DNA of 64,000 nucleotides from Candidatus Latescibacterota bacterium (GTDB lineage Bacteria > Latescibacterota > UBA2968 > UBA8231): assembly GCA_965248355.1 (NCBI GenBank), contig OZ252098.1, positions 4,960,001 to 5,024,000 on the forward strand, in the 5' to 3' direction. The position numbers were made by a program, and so were the translations under genes. Positions 28,971 to 40,500 of this stretch are shown here, in pieces (position 1 is the first letter of the stretch; every line of letters starts with the position of its first letter). The notes under the pieces were generated by a model that was not told the origin of the DNA, searched no databases, and worked only from the letters and a program-made list of their open reading frames with translations.

Positions 28971-29198
28971 TCAGACCTTGACGCCTTGCTCCCGGAGGTA
29001 CTTGAGGACGCCCTTCTTGTTCATCGTGCGCAGCGCACGCGCGGACAGCCTGAGGGTGACCGTGCGGCCCTCCTCGGGGATGAAGATGCGCTTCTTGATG
29101 AGATTCGGGCGCTGCACGCGCTTGGTCTTGCGCTGCGAGTGGCTGACGTTGTTGCCCACCATGCGGCGCTTGCCGGTAACCTGGCAAACTCTGGCCAT
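28971..29198 (-). CDS. rpmB: 50S ribosomal protein L28
   Basis: [23 protein letters not shown]. Confidence 0.97.
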   Translation of the reverse strand: MARVCQVTGKRRMVGNNVSHSQRKTKRVQRPNLIKKRIFIPEEGRTVTLRLSARALRTMNKKGVLKYLREQGVKV

Positions 29199-29234
29199 CT
29201 TTCCACCTCCCATCAGCTGAATGGAAAACGTGAA

Positions 29235-29263
29235 ATGATAGAAATCACAAGGAGATAGGTCAA
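29235..29263 (-). promoter_or_regulatory. Sigma70-like promoter of rpmB (TTGACC-N17-TATCAT)
   Basis: Read on the minus strand. Confidence 0.6.
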
Positions 29264-29382
29264 GAATCGAGGCTTGACAGTCCAAGGCGCCGGAGGGAAC
29301 TTTCCAGGCTTCACCCGCTTCGCACTCAAATGCACGGAGAAGCCGGGATCCGTCGGCGAAACCCGAGAGCGCCCCCCTGCAG

Positions 29383-32300
29383 TTGAATCGAAACCATCCC
29401 CGTCACCGGCCGGCTCGGCTCGGGATCGCGGCCCTTCTGGCGGCCGTGTCCTCCGTCGCCGCCGACGTGCGGCTCGTGGCCACCGGCCCGGACTTTGTCC
29501 GCGTCCTTTACGAGAGGCCGGGGCTCGCCGGCGCGCAGGAGGTGCCGCCGCAGGCCCTGCACCGGTTCGTGGAGACCGCCCTCCTGGGTGTGCCGCTCGA
29601 GGGAGATCTGCAGCTGGAGGTGCTGCAGGCACGGGCGGCCGCCACCGTCTCGGACGTCCCGGAAGACCTGCCCCTGGACGGCCCCGCCCGGCTCGAACCG
29701 ACGGCGATGCTGCGCCACCAGCGCGTGGCCACCCTCGCCTTCTGTCCCCGCCGGAACGAGGACGGATCGGCCGTCATCTACGACCGCGTGCTGGTGGAGG
29801 TGCGCTTTGCGCCCGACCCCGGCCGGTCGCCGCGGCCGGATGGGTTCGAGTCTTCCTACAGGGCGACCCTGTTCAACTACGATCAGGCCCGCCGCTGGCG
29901 GGCGCTGAGATCCGTGGCATCGAAGCCGGCTGCCCCGAAGGTGACGCCCGAAACGGGAATGTTCCGGGTCGTGGTGCGCGGCGAGGGCATCTACCGGGTG
30001 ACCGCCGATGACCTGGAGCGGTCCGGCGCCGATCTGGAGGGCGTCGCGCCGGGGGGCATCCGCCTCCTGTACGGCGGCGGTCTGTCTATCCGGAGATCGA
30101 GTGGTGTGCCGTCCGGGGTCCTGCTGCGGCCGGTGGCGTCGATCGTGGAGGACGGCGGTGACGGCCGCTTCGACGGCGACGACCACATCCTGTTCCATGG
30201 CGTGGGGCCCGAGCGTTGGGAGTGGACGTCGGCCGGCTACGTCTGGCGGAAGAACCCCTATACCAAGGACAATGCGTACTGGATCGACCTCGACGGGGCC
30301 GAGGAGGCCCCCCGCGCCCCTGAAGGCCAAGTGGCCCCGAACCGCAACGCCGCCGGCGTCGTCGACCGTTACCGCGTGCGCCTCCACGAGGAGGACGAGC
30401 GCCTGATCGTGCGTCAACTGAACGGGGTCAGCTCGGGCTACGAGTGGTTCTGGGAGGAGTTCTTCGGCAACGCCCGCAACTTCACCTTCGTCGTCGAGGA
30501 CGCCCTGCCGGAGGTTCCCGTTGTCGCCAGGGTGCGCTTCCTGAGGTCGAAGAAAGCCGCCCAGGCCTTCGATCTGCGCTGGAACGGTGAGGAGCTGGAG
30601 CGCTCCGTGTTCCATGGCCCCGAGCCGTACACGATAGAGAGAGAGATGGAGGGAGCCCAGGAAGGGCTCAACCAACTCGGGCTGTTTCACCGGGAATCGA
30701 CGCCCATTCGACTGGACTGGTACGAAGTCGAATTCGTTCGCCGTCTGAAGGCGCGCAAGGGCGAGCTCCTCTTCGGCTGGCCCGTAGCGGAGGATGGGAT
30801 CGGGATCGACACCGGGGCCGGTTCGTTTCTGGAGTTCCGCCTGGAGGGGTTCGCCGAGGCCGACGGGCCCCCTCGGATCTTCGAGGTCTCCCGGGGACTG
30901 CGGGAGCTCACGGGCTTCGAGTACGACGCCGACGCCGGCCTCGTTGTCTTTCATGACCGGTTCACCGGCGGGTGGCCGCCGAGGTATATCGCCCTGCAGC
31001 CGGGGCGATGGAAGAGTCCGGCGGCGGTGGTCAGGGACACCCAGACCCCGCGGGACCCGGAGGGCGCCGAGTACGTGATCATCACCCACTCCGAGTTCGC
31101 ATCGGCAGCGCGGCGGCTGGCGGAATGGCGCGCCGAGGACGACCGCTTCGGTCGGCCTCTGACGACCATGGTCGTGGACGTGCAGGACCTCTACGACGAG
31201 TTCTCCGGGGGGCTGCTGGACCCGATGGCGATTCGGATCTTCCTCGCTCAGGCGGTCCTCGACTGGCGGGTACCGCCCGTCTATCTGACCCTGTTGGGGG
31301 ACGGGACGTACGATTACAAGAACAATTCCGGCCTGAGCCATACGAACTGGATCCCGGCGTACCAGGACGGTCCGAGCACGTACGACGATTGGTACGCGAG
31401 GATCGCGGGCATGGACAGACTCCCCGATCTGGCCGTGGCCCGGATTCCCGTGCAGTCGTCGGCGGAGGCCGACGGGGTCGTGGACAAGATCCTCCGCTAC
31501 GACCAGGCGCCCGAGCCGGGGCCCTGGCAGGCCCGGATCCTGCTCGTGGCCGACGACATCTCGAACCCCGAGTATCCAGCACGCATCGAGAGCTTCTTCG
31601 TCCTCGACGCGGAGAGGATCGCCTGGGGGACGATGCCGCCGGACCTCGACATGACCAAATTCTACATCGGCACCTACCCGCTCGAGGGCCGTACGAAACC
31701 CGGGGCCCGGGACAGGTTCCTGAGTCTGTTCAACGAGGGCGCGCTGATCCTGACCTACATCGGCCACGGCCACCCCGAGCTCCTGGCCCACGAGCAGATC
31801 TTCCTGCTCAACCGCGATGTGGGCCGCATCGACAACGGCGGCCGGCTGCCTTTCGTCTACACCGCGGCGAGCGCCGTGGGCGTGTTCGACGACCCGACGC
31901 AGGACTCCATGCCCGAGGTCCTGCTCAAGATGCCGGACCGCGGGGTGATCGCCTTCATTTCCGCCACCCGGATCGGCTACCACACCAGCAACATGGCCCT
32001 GGCCACGCGGTTCCATCACCAGATGTACCGGAGCGGCAGGGAGCACGTGCCCCTCGGCCTGGCGCTGATGGAGGCCAAGCAGATCAACGTGGGAGACCTG
32101 TGGCGCACCAACATACAGCGCTATTCCCTGTTCGGAGACGCGGCGCAGCGTCTCGCCCGGCCCACCTTGGCGGTGGCCCTCGACCTGCCCGACTCGATGG
32201 AGGCGCTGATGGAACTGGAGCTGAGCGGTACCGTGATCGACGCCGGGGGGCGGGCGAGGACCGACCACGAAGGCGAGGCCCTCGTGCGGCTCTTCGATTC

Positions 32301-33165
32301 CAGCGCCAAGAGCCTGATCGAGGGGACCCAGTACCAGCAGCTCGGAGCACCCCTGTTCCGGGGTCTCGTGCAGGTGGAAGGAGGGCGCTTCCAGACGCGG
32401 CTGCGGATTCCAAAGGACATCACCTACCGGGCCTCCCGGGGCCGGGCCAGCGCCTACGTGACCAGCTCCAATGGAGCGCCGCCAGCTTTCGGGGCGCGGT
32501 CGGGCCTGGTCCTGTCGGGGACCGCCGCCGACGTGGAACCGGACGACGACGGACCGACGATCGAGCTCGCCTTTGCGGGCAGCCCCCGGTTCCGCAGCGG
32601 AGACCGGCTCTCCCGGCGGCCGCTGCTCACCGCCCGCCTCATGGATCCGAGCGGCATCAACATCACCGGAGAGACGGGCCACGAGATCGAGCTGTGGGTC
32701 GACGACGGGGTGACGGCCGTCACCCGGTTCTACACCAGCCTCGGCGATCACCGGCAAGGACTGCTGAAGTACACCCTGGGCCAGCTGGAACCGGGCGAGC
32801 ACACCATCCGTCTGAAGGCTTGGGACGCGTTCAACAACTCCTCCACCGCCGAGGCCACCTTCGCGGTGGCCGAGGGGAAGGACTCGGCCCTGGAGGAGGT
32901 CCTGTTCCATCCGAACCCGACCCCTGATGGCGGCGGGTACTTCACCTACACCCTGGCCGCTCCGGCCGAGAGCGTCGAGATTCGGGTGTATGCCCTCTCG
33001 GGCCGCCAGGTGGCCAGCCTCGAAGGCGGGGCGAGCCTTGGATTCAACTTGGTGCGCTGGTCCCCCTCGGAGCTGGCCGGAGGGACTTATTTGTTCCGGA
33101 TCTCGGCCAGGCTCGAAGAGGGGTCTCCCCTGGAGGCCGACGGGCGCATCCAGGTGGCGCGCTGA
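29383..33165 (+). CDS. porU: Type IX secretion sortase PorU-like (peptidase C25/gingipain fold), Ser at catalytic Cys position
   Basis: Signal peptide; [32 protein letters not shown] and LKAWD..NNSS motifs; C-terminal HPNP CTD; directly upstream of porV. Confidence 0.87.
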   Translation: MNRNHPRHRPARLGIAALLAAVSSVAADVRLVATGPDFVRVLYERPGLAGAQEVPPQALHRFVETALLGVPLEGDLQLEVLQARAAATVSDVPEDLPLDGPARLEPTAMLRHQRVATLAFCPRRNEDGSAVIYDRVLVEVRFAPDPGRSPRPDGFESSYRATLFNYDQARRWRALRSVASKPAAPKVTPETGMFRVVVRGEGIYRVTADDLERSGADLEGVAPGGIRLLYGGGLSIRRSSGVPSGVLLRPVASIVEDGGDGRFDGDDHILFHGVGPERWEWTSAGYVWRKNPYTKDNAYWIDLDGAEEAPRAPEGQVAPNRNAAGVVDRYRVRLHEEDERLIVRQLNGVSSGYEWFWEEFFGNARNFTFVVEDALPEVPVVARVRFLRSKKAAQAFDLRWNGEELERSVFHGPEPYTIEREMEGAQEGLNQLGLFHRESTPIRLDWYEVEFVRRLKARKGELLFGWPVAEDGIGIDTGAGSFLEFRLEGFAEADGPPRIFEVSRGLRELTGFEYDADAGLVVFHDRFTGGWPPRYIALQPGRWKSPAAVVRDTQTPRDPEGAEYVIITHSEFASAARRLAEWRAEDDRFGRPLTTMVVDVQDLYDEFSGGLLDPMAIRIFLAQAVLDWRVPPVYLTLLGDGTYDYKNNSGLSHTNWIPAYQDGPSTYDDWYARIAGMDRLPDLAVARIPVQSSAEADGVVDKILRYDQAPEPGPWQARILLVADDISNPEYPARIESFFVLDAERIAWGTMPPDLDMTKFYIGTYPLEGRTKPGARDRFLSLFNEGALILTYIGHGHPELLAHEQIFLLNRDVGRIDNGGRLPFVYTAASAVGVFDDPTQDSMPEVLLKMPDRGVIAFISATRIGYHTSNMALATRFHHQMYRSGREHVPLGLALMEAKQINVGDLWRTNIQRYSLFGDAAQRLARPTLAVALDLPDSMEALMELELSGTVIDAGGRARTDHEGEALVRLFDSSAKSLIEGTQYQQLGAPLFRGLVQVEGGRFQTRLRIPKDITYRASRGRASAYVTSSNGAPPAFGARSGLVLSGTAADVEPDDDGPTIELAFAGSPRFRSGDRLSRRPLLTARLMDPSGINITGETGHEIELWVDDGVTAVTRFYTSLGDHRQGLLKYTLGQLEPGEHTIRLKAWDAFNNSSTAEATFAVAEGKDSALEEVLFHPNPTPDGGGYFTYTLAAPAESVEIRVYALSGRQVASLEGGASLGFNLVRWSPSELAGGTYLFRISARLEEGSPLEADGRIQVAR

Positions 33166-33253
33166 AAGAGGCGAACGCCGGAGGAGAGGTTATCTTCAAC
33201 TTGCTGAGGTGCCCGGGCGGATCCGATGGCACCGAACCGGAGGACTAGGGAAA

Positions 33254-34324
33254 GTGACCAATCGACGGATGATCGCGGTCTTGACGGCCCTGGCATGTGG
33301 CTGGGCTGGTTCCGCAGAATGGGCCTCGGCCACCCCCGAGAGCCGGGCGGCGGTGCTGTTCCTGCTGATCAAGCCGGGGGCCCGCGCCAGCGGCATGGGG
33401 GAGACCTACGTGGCCATCGCCGACGACGCCACGGCGACCTACTTCAACCCGGCGGCGCTCGCCGGGCAGACGCAGCGCAAGCTCAACTTCACGCACCAGA
33501 AGTGGCTGCCCGGTCTGGCCGACGACATGTCGTACGAGTTCCTCGCCTATTCGCAGCCCCTCGAGGGCTGGGGGAACGTCGGGCTCCACGCCACCCTGAT
33601 GAACCTGGGCGAGCAGATCCGCACCGGGGAGCGCGGCGAGGTGCTGGGCACCTTCGCTAGCTACGACCTGGCCTTCTCCGGGGCCTACGGCGCCGACATC
33701 GGCGAGGACCTGGCGGCCGGGATCGGGCTCAAGTTCATCCGCAGCCACCTGGCCGACTACGGCGCCGGGATCGAGCGCGGCAAGGGCACGGGCAGCACCT
33801 TCGCCGCCGACCTCGGTCTCCTGTGGCATGCAACGCCGGCGCTGACCTTCGGCGCGGCGCTGCGCAACCTCGGCCCCAAGATCGACTACATCGATCCCCG
33901 GCAGGCCGACCCCCTGCCCCAGCACCTCGTCCTCGGCGCCGCCTACGACCTGATGGAGGCGGAGTACCACACCCTGCTGCTGTCGGCCGACGTGTACAAG
34001 CCCCTCATCGACGACGGGCACTTCGCCAAGAGCCTGGTCACGGCCTGGGTGGACGAGTCCATGGGCAACGAGGTCAAGGAGATGGACCTGCACGCCGGCG
34101 GCGAGTACCGCTACGGCCTCTCGGCGGTCAAGGACGAGTCCTTCCTGGCCATGCGCGCCGGGTATTTCCTCGACCACGACGGCGAACTCAGGTCCCCCAC
34201 CTTCGGTCTCGGCCTCAAGTACACCAAGCTCCAGATCGACTGGGCATACATCATAGGGGAAGGCAGCGACAAAGGGACGCCTCTCCAGGACACTAACCGA
34301 TTCTCCCTGAACCTGTACTTCTGA
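33254..34324 (+). CDS. porV: PorV/PorQ-family outer-membrane barrel
   Basis: FLLIKPGARASGMGE..ADDATATYFNPA; terminal Phe (LNLYF). Confidence 0.85.
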   Translation: MTNRRMIAVLTALACGWAGSAEWASATPESRAAVLFLLIKPGARASGMGETYVAIADDATATYFNPAALAGQTQRKLNFTHQKWLPGLADDMSYEFLAYSQPLEGWGNVGLHATLMNLGEQIRTGERGEVLGTFASYDLAFSGAYGADIGEDLAAGIGLKFIRSHLADYGAGIERGKGTGSTFAADLGLLWHATPALTFGAALRNLGPKIDYIDPRQADPLPQHLVLGAAYDLMEAEYHTLLLSADVYKPLIDDGHFAKSLVTAWVDESMGNEVKEMDLHAGGEYRYGLSAVKDESFLAMRAGYFLDHDGELRSPTFGLGLKYTKLQIDWAYIIGEGSDKGTPLQDTNRFSLNLYF

Positions 34325-37300
34325 ACCCGGGCCGAGTCCGGCGGCCACCCGAAAGGCGGCCCGGCGGCCTGGGCGGGGGGTGGGCTCGCTCGCCGTCCCG
34401 GCTCCTGTGCTGGGCCGTCCCGCTTCTCCTGGCCGGCCCCTCCGGCGCCGACGAAGACGTCGAGCACTGGCGCATTCTGGCCCTGCGCGTCGACTTTCCC
34501 ACCGAGGAGCCCGACGAGCCCACCACCTCCGGGCGCGGCGGCTTCGACCTTCGCAGTCTCGCCGAGGCCCTGCCGGACTACTGGCAGCCGTACGACACCC
34601 CGCCTCACGACCGGGCGCACTACGAGCGCCACCTCGAAGCCCTGGCGCGCTATTACGACGTGGTCTCCCATGGCCGGGTGCGGATCGAATCCAGGGTCTT
34701 CCCCCGGTCCCTCGACGACGCCTATACCCTCCCGAGGCCGGCCCTGTCCTACGGCAACGGCCGCACGCCCGAGGAGATCACCCGCCTCTGGCGGGAGCTG
34801 CTGGTGGACGCCGTCGACCTGGCCGCCTCCGCCCCCGACGCCCCCGACTTCGGCGCCTTCGACAGCTACCTGGTCATCCACGCCGGCCGCGGCCACGAGA
34901 CCGGGCAGCTGAACGACATCCGTTCCGTCTTCCTTCGCCCGGAGGACCTGGACGAGTACGGTGGACCGATCGAGGTGGACGGGGCCGAGATCCGCGAAGC
35001 CTGGATCCTGCCCGAGGCCGTCGACGACCGCGGGCGGGCGGGGCTCAACGGGCTGCTGGCCAAGTTCTTCGGCCATCAGCTCGGCCTTCCGGGCCTGTCG
35101 AACTTCGCGCGCGGCCTGCCCGCCGTCGGCGGCTGGAGCCTCATGGACGTGGGGGCCAACCGCAGCGGCTTCGTCCGCGTGGGCGACGAGATGCAGTTCG
35201 TTCTCGGCGTGGTGCCGCCCCACCCCATGGCCTGGAGCAAGGCCCGCCTCGGATGGATCGAGCCCCTCGAGGTCCGCCGCGACACGGTCGTGCAGCTCCT
35301 GGCCGCCGACCGCCCGGCCGGCGGCGGCGCGGTCCCGGCCGTGCGCGTGCCCCTCTCGCCGACGGAATACCTCCTCCTCGAGAACCGCCAGCAGCGGGGG
35401 CGCACGGAGCACGACCTGCCCCCGGGGGTCGAGGCGCCCACCTCCGGCGAGTTGGCCTGGATCGAGGCGGAGGAGGCGGAGCTGTCGCACCGGATCACCG
35501 CGGCCGAGTCCGATTCCCTCGCCGGCCGCGGAGCCGGGGTCTGGCTCCAGGCGGCGGAGTACGACGCCTTCGTCCCCGGATCGGGCCTGCTGATCTGGCA
35601 CGTGGACGAGGCCGTCATGGCGGCCTCTCCGCCGGAGGGGTTCAACAACGAGCGCGAACGCCCCGGACTGGCGCTGGTGGAGGCCGACGGCTCCCGCGAT
35701 ATCGGCAATCCCTACTTCGACCGGCAGGACGTGGTGGAGGGGACTCGCTCGGACCCGTTCTACGCCGGCTCCGGCCCCGGCGGCGTCACCGGTGTGAGCC
35801 GCTTCGGTCCGGACACGGTGCCAGCCACCGTGACCCAAACGGGCGTGGCCACCGGCCTGGAGGTCGAGGTGCTGTCCGGGCTCGACGACCACATGTCCGT
35901 CCGCCTCCGCTTCGGGCGCAGCGCCGAGGGCTGGCCGCGTCCTCTGGGCGGGGTGCGCCGGCTGCAGGCGGCGGACGTGGACGGCGACGGAAACCCCGAG
36001 ATATTGGCCGAGGGCGAGGACGGGCTCCGGGTGCTGCCGTCGTCGCCCGCAGAGGAGTCCGCCGTGGACCAGGTCCTGCTGGCGGCCTCCGACGGGCTGC
36101 TGTTCACCAGCTCGGCCGAAGGGCTGGTCTCGGCCCGGCCTCTCGGAGCCGATCCGGCGTGGGAGAGGCAGCTGGACGAGCGGCCAACGCAGGCCCTCTA
36201 CACGGCGGACCTCTCCGGCCGCGGTCCGGCCCTCGTGGTCGGCGGCAGCCAGGGGGTCTCCGTCCTCGTCGCGGCTACCGGCGAGCTGCGCTTCTCCCAC
36301 GGCGCTCCGGTCCATGGGATGGCCGCCGCGGACAGCGACGGCGACGGCGCCGACGAGCTGCTGATCCTCGGCGACGGGGAGCTTTTGCGCTACGACGGGG
36401 CCGAGGCCACCCTCGTGGCCGGTGATCTGACCGGCTCCTGGCTGTCCCCTTCGGCGGCCGATCTCGACGGAGATGGTCTCGCCGACCTGGTCCTCGCCGA
36501 CCGCGGCGGGCAGCTCCGCAGCCTGGGCCAGGGGCGCGGCGATCTTCGCGTCGCCACCGGGGCCCCGATCGTGGCGCCTCCCTCCTTCGCCGATCTCGAT
36601 GGCGATGGCCGGCTCGAGGTCCTGACCCCGACGGCCGAGGCGGTGCACGCGCACTCCGCGGCGGGCCTGCGGACCCCGGGCTTTCCGGCGACGCCGCCGG
36701 CGCACCAGGAATCCGGGCCTCTCCGCGGCGAGGTGGTCGCCGCCGACCTGAACGCCGCGGGCGCTCCCGAGATCTTCGTCTCCGCCGCCAACGGGGTCCA
36801 TGGATTCGATGGCGGCGGCCGGCCCCTGTCCGGTTTCCCCGTCTCCTCCCCCGGCGTGCCCACGACGGCGCCCGTCCTGGCCGACCTCGACGGGGACGGT
36901 GGCTCTCGACCTGGCCGTCGGCGACCGGGAAGGGGTGAACCTGTGGCGTCCGGTCTCCTGGGAACCGGCCTTCGCCGCGGGGGTCCAGACCGGGTGGTCA
37001 CAGCCCGGCGGCTCGGCCTCCGGCCGGCGCGCCCACCCCTTCGTTACGCCGGACCGGCCGCCGGAGGCCTTCGATCTGCTGCCTGCCTCCCAAGCCTATT
37101 GCTACCCGAACCCGGCCGGGGGCGACGAGCCCGCCCACCTGCGGTTCTTCGTGGGCCGGCCGGCCCACGTCTCCCTGACCGTCTACGACGCCATGGGCGT
37201 GGTCGTGGAGCGAATGGAGTCCGCCGAGGCGAGGGCCGCGGAAGCGAACGAGATCACGTGGTCGATCCGCGGCTACCCGAGCGGCCTCTACCTCTGCCGG

Positions 37301-37366
37301 CTCGAGGCCCGCGGCGAGGACGGCAGCCGCGGGGAGGCCACCGTGCGCATGGCGGTGAGCCGGTGA
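34321..37366 (+). pseudogene. M6/immune-inhibitor-A-like domain + FG-GAP repeats + T9SS CTD protein; apparent +1 frameshift at ~36901
   Basis: The frame of 34660 is open back to the stop at 34294-34296 (signal-like LLCWAVPLLLAG, RILALRVDFP), with a candidate CTG start at 34321. Motifs IHAG, WSLMD.G, YLLLENR and ADLDGDG repeats. The CTD (YPNP..SGLYLCRL) is in the shifted frame, ORF 36800..37366. Confidence 0.75.
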
Positions 37367-40300
37367 GCGCCAGGGGCCTCCTCGCCTCGATTGCGGTGGG
37401 AGCCCTGGCCGGCGCGGTGCCGGCGCCGGCCCAGAACCACCCCGAGCTCACCTGGCGGACGTTGGAGACGGAGCACTTCCGCGTGCTCTACCACGACGGC
37501 CTCGAGCACACGGCGCGGCAGGCGGCCGAGGTGGCGGAGGCCGCCTACGGCCCGGTGACGCGGCTCTACGGGTACCGGCCGGGGGGCCCGGTGCGGGTGA
37601 TCCTGAAGGACTACGACGACTACGGCAACGGCGCCGCCTTCTTCTACCACGACGCCATCGAGGTCTGGATCACCCCTCTCGAGCACGACTTCGAGCTGCG
37701 CGGCACCTCCGACTGGCTGCGCAACGTGATCACCCACGAGCTCGTCCACATCGTCTCCCTCGGCGCGGCGCGCAAGGGACCGCAGAGAGTGCCGGCCGCG
37801 TTCCTCGAGTATTTCGCGTACAAGCCGGAGAGCGAACGGGACGACATTCTCACCGGGGCGCCGGATCGCCTGGCCCTGCTGCCCCTGGCCAACACGGTGC
37901 TGCCCATGTGGTTCGCCGAGGGCGTCGCCCAGCACCAGACCGCGCAGCTCCGGCACGACCGCTGGGACAGCCACCGCGACATGGTCCTGCGCACGGCGGT
38001 CCTCGATGGCTCCCTGCTCTCTCTCGACGACATGGGCGTCTTCGGCAAGGCCGGCTTCGGCAACGAGTTCGTCTACGACCACGGCTACGGGCTGGTGAGG
38101 TACCTGGCCGAGACCTACGGCGACTCGACCCTGGCCGAGGTCTGCGAGCACATGGCGCGCTGGACGGCCACCGGCATCGACGGAGCCCTGCGCGCCGCCA
38201 CCGGCCGTTCGGCGGACCAGGTGTGGCGGGACTGGCGCGACTCGATGCGGGCCCGTTACCAGGCGCAGGTGGCGGCCCTCGGCGAGCTGCGCGAGGGGGA
38301 GCGCCTCACCGAGGAGGGGCACTCGAACACCCGGGCCGTGTACGCGCCGGACGGCGGGCGGCTGGCCTTCCTCTCGACCCTGGGCCGCCGCTACGGCCCC
38401 CACTTCCTGGTGCTGCGCGACCTCGAAAGCGGGGAGGACGAGGTCGTGGCCGCCGGGGTGGCCTCGGTGCCGGCCTGGTTCCCCGACGGCGAGCGCCTGC
38501 TCTTCGTCCGCAAGGACAAGGCGGACCGCTACGGATCGCGGCGGGCGGACCTGTTCGAGCACGACCTCACCCGGCCCGGGCGGCCGTGGACGGCGCAGTT
38601 GCTGTGGACGATCCCCGCCGTCACCGGGGCGTACGCCCCGAAGGATCCTCGCACCTCCCGCAGAACCCGCGGCCTGCGCGCCCTGTACCCGGCGGTGTCG
38701 CCCGACGGGGAGAGCATCGCCTTCGTGCGCCTCGGCGCCTCCGGAGCGGCCCTGGGCCTGGCGAACCGGGACGGGAGCGGGATCCGCTACCTGCTCGACT
38801 TCGACGACGGCACCCAGCTCTACACGCCGCGCTGGTCGCCCGACGGCCGCTGGCTGGCCCTGTCCTACTCCCGCGGAGGGCAGCGGGACATCGGCCTGGT
38901 CGAGGTCGACCCGGGCGGCGACGGACCGGAGCCGCGCCGCCTGCAACCCCTGATCGCGTCAGCCGCCACCGACCGCGACCCCTCGTGGTCGCCCGACGGC
39001 GAGCTGCTCTTCGTCTCCGACGTGAGCGGGATCTCCAACGTCTATGCCCGCGACCCGGCCAGCGGCGCGGTGGAGCAGATCACGAACGTACGCGGCGGCG
39101 CCTTCTTCCCGACGGCGAACGGCGCCGGCCAGGTGGTCTACAGCGGCTACGGAACCGACGGCTTCCATCTCTACCGGATCGAGCGCTCGGCGGGCGAGCC
39201 GGTGGCGCCCGGGGTCTTCCAGCCCTCCGACGCCCTGTTGGCGGCCGCGCCGGGACCTCCTTCCTCCCCCGATCCGGAAGAGCCGGACCCCCCGGCCGCG
39301 TCCTCCGGAACGGAGATACTGCGCACGACCTTCATGCCGCGGCTCTCCCACGACGAGGGCCTTGCCAAGGTCGGTGCCTACGTCGGCGCGGGCGACGCCC
39401 TCGACCGGCAGTCGGTCTTCGCCAGCCTCTCCGTGGCTCCCGGCAACGGAGACCGCGACTTCTACGGGGAGTACCGGTTCCGCGGCTTCCGTCCGACCTT
39501 CCGGCTGCGCTTCATCCACCTGAAGCGCCACTCGACGCGCGGCGACAGCTCGGAGGCACGGGACTACTTCGTCACGTCCATGAACTTCAGCCTCAACCGC
39601 CTGGCCCTCGGCGCCCGGGGGCAGCTGAACCGCGCCAGCTCGCTCGATCTGTCCCTGGCCTACGACCGCTACGACGCCAGTCTGGAGAACGACCAGCTCT
39701 TCCCGCGCAGCGACGGCCGGCCCGGCTTCGAGCGTGTCCCGGGCAAGCCGCTCGGCTACACCTACCTGCACGGCTTCGACCTGGCCCTGACCTACCGCCA
39801 CGACTCCCTGCCCCGGCGCGTGGACCGCGACATCCACCCCCGGGGCGGACGGCGCATCTACTTCCGCTATGACCGCATGCACAACTGGTTCATGGAGGGC
39901 TTCGACGCGCAGAACGCATCCTACTATCAGGAGGTGTACCTGGGCCTGTTCTACAACCAGCTCACCCTCGACTGGCGGGAGTACATCGCCCTGCCGGGCG
40001 ACACCGCCCTGGGGCTGCGCGCCTACGGCGGCTGGATCTTCTCCGACAGCGTCGACCACAAGGACGTGGGCGACTTCTTCGACTTCCACCTCGGGGGCCT
40101 TCCCTACATGCGGGGCTATACCTACTACAGCGTCGAGGGGCGCAAGGCGGCCATGGCCAACGCCACCCTCCGCTTCCCGCTCCTGCCGCGCCTGCGCAAG
40201 CGGGTGGGACCCCTCTACCTCCACCGGGTCCACGGCGCCGTGTACGGCGACCTCGGCAAGGCCTGGGACGGCGACCTCGGCGACCCCGACCCCATGTACG

Positions 40301-40500
40301 GACGCAAGGGACCGCTGCGCGACGCCGGTCTTCAGTTGCGGGTCGACGGGGTCTCCTTCTACAGTCTGCCCACCCGCCTCGAAGTCGACCTGGCCCACGG
40401 AATCGACGAGGTCGCCGGGAAGGACCCCTGGAAACTCTACCTCACCCTGCTGTTCAACTACCTCAACTGGATCGATCCCGGGAGTGATCTGACGCGATGA
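37363..40500 (+). CDS. Peptidase-MA-like (HELVH) + PD40/TolB propeller + Omp85-type barrel protein
   Basis: GTG start overlapping the upstream TGA; signal peptide; THELVH..WFAEG; repeated (W/V)SPDG; LGG..MRGY barrel loop motif. Confidence 0.8.
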   Translation: MSARGLLASIAVGALAGAVPAPAQNHPELTWRTLETEHFRVLYHDGLEHTARQAAEVAEAAYGPVTRLYGYRPGGPVRVILKDYDDYGNGAAFFYHDAIEVWITPLEHDFELRGTSDWLRNVITHELVHIVSLGAARKGPQRVPAAFLEYFAYKPESERDDILTGAPDRLALLPLANTVLPMWFAEGVAQHQTAQLRHDRWDSHRDMVLRTAVLDGSLLSLDDMGVFGKAGFGNEFVYDHGYGLVRYLAETYGDSTLAEVCEHMARWTATGIDGALRAATGRSADQVWRDWRDSMRARYQAQVAALGELREGERLTEEGHSNTRAVYAPDGGRLAFLSTLGRRYGPHFLVLRDLESGEDEVVAAGVASVPAWFPDGERLLFVRKDKADRYGSRRADLFEHDLTRPGRPWTAQLLWTIPAVTGAYAPKDPRTSRRTRGLRALYPAVSPDGESIAFVRLGASGAALGLANRDGSGIRYLLDFDDGTQLYTPRWSPDGRWLALSYSRGGQRDIGLVEVDPGGDGPEPRRLQPLIASAATDRDPSWSPDGELLFVSDVSGISNVYARDPASGAVEQITNVRGGAFFPTANGAGQVVYSGYGTDGFHLYRIERSAGEPVAPGVFQPSDALLAAAPGPPSSPDPEEPDPPAASSGTEILRTTFMPRLSHDEGLAKVGAYVGAGDALDRQSVFASLSVAPGNGDRDFYGEYRFRGFRPTFRLRFIHLKRHSTRGDSSEARDYFVTSMNFSLNRLALGARGQLNRASSLDLSLAYDRYDASLENDQLFPRSDGRPGFERVPGKPLGYTYLHGFDLALTYRHDSLPRRVDRDIHPRGGRRIYFRYDRMHNWFMEGFDAQNASYYQEVYLGLFYNQLTLDWREYIALPGDTALGLRAYGGWIFSDSVDHKDVGDFFDFHLGGLPYMRGYTYYSVEGRKAAMANATLRFPLLPRLRKRVGPLYLHRVHGAVYGDLGKAWDGDLGDPDPMYGRKGPLRDAGLQLRVDGVSFYSLPTRLEVDLAHGIDEVAGKDPWKLYLTLLFNYLNWIDPGSDLTR

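Noticed and set aside
29326..32910. Long antisense/overlapping ORFs (this one, 7422..10550, 40572..43634, 54212..56719 and others)
   Set aside because: Expected stop-poor shadow frames in very high-GC DNA; no recognisable motifs.
34660..40500. 1,946-aa single giant protein
   Set aside because: The linker (about 36902-37362) is low-complexity wrong-frame sequence, and the real CTD lies in another frame. Two genes joined by a 1-bp insertion explain it better.
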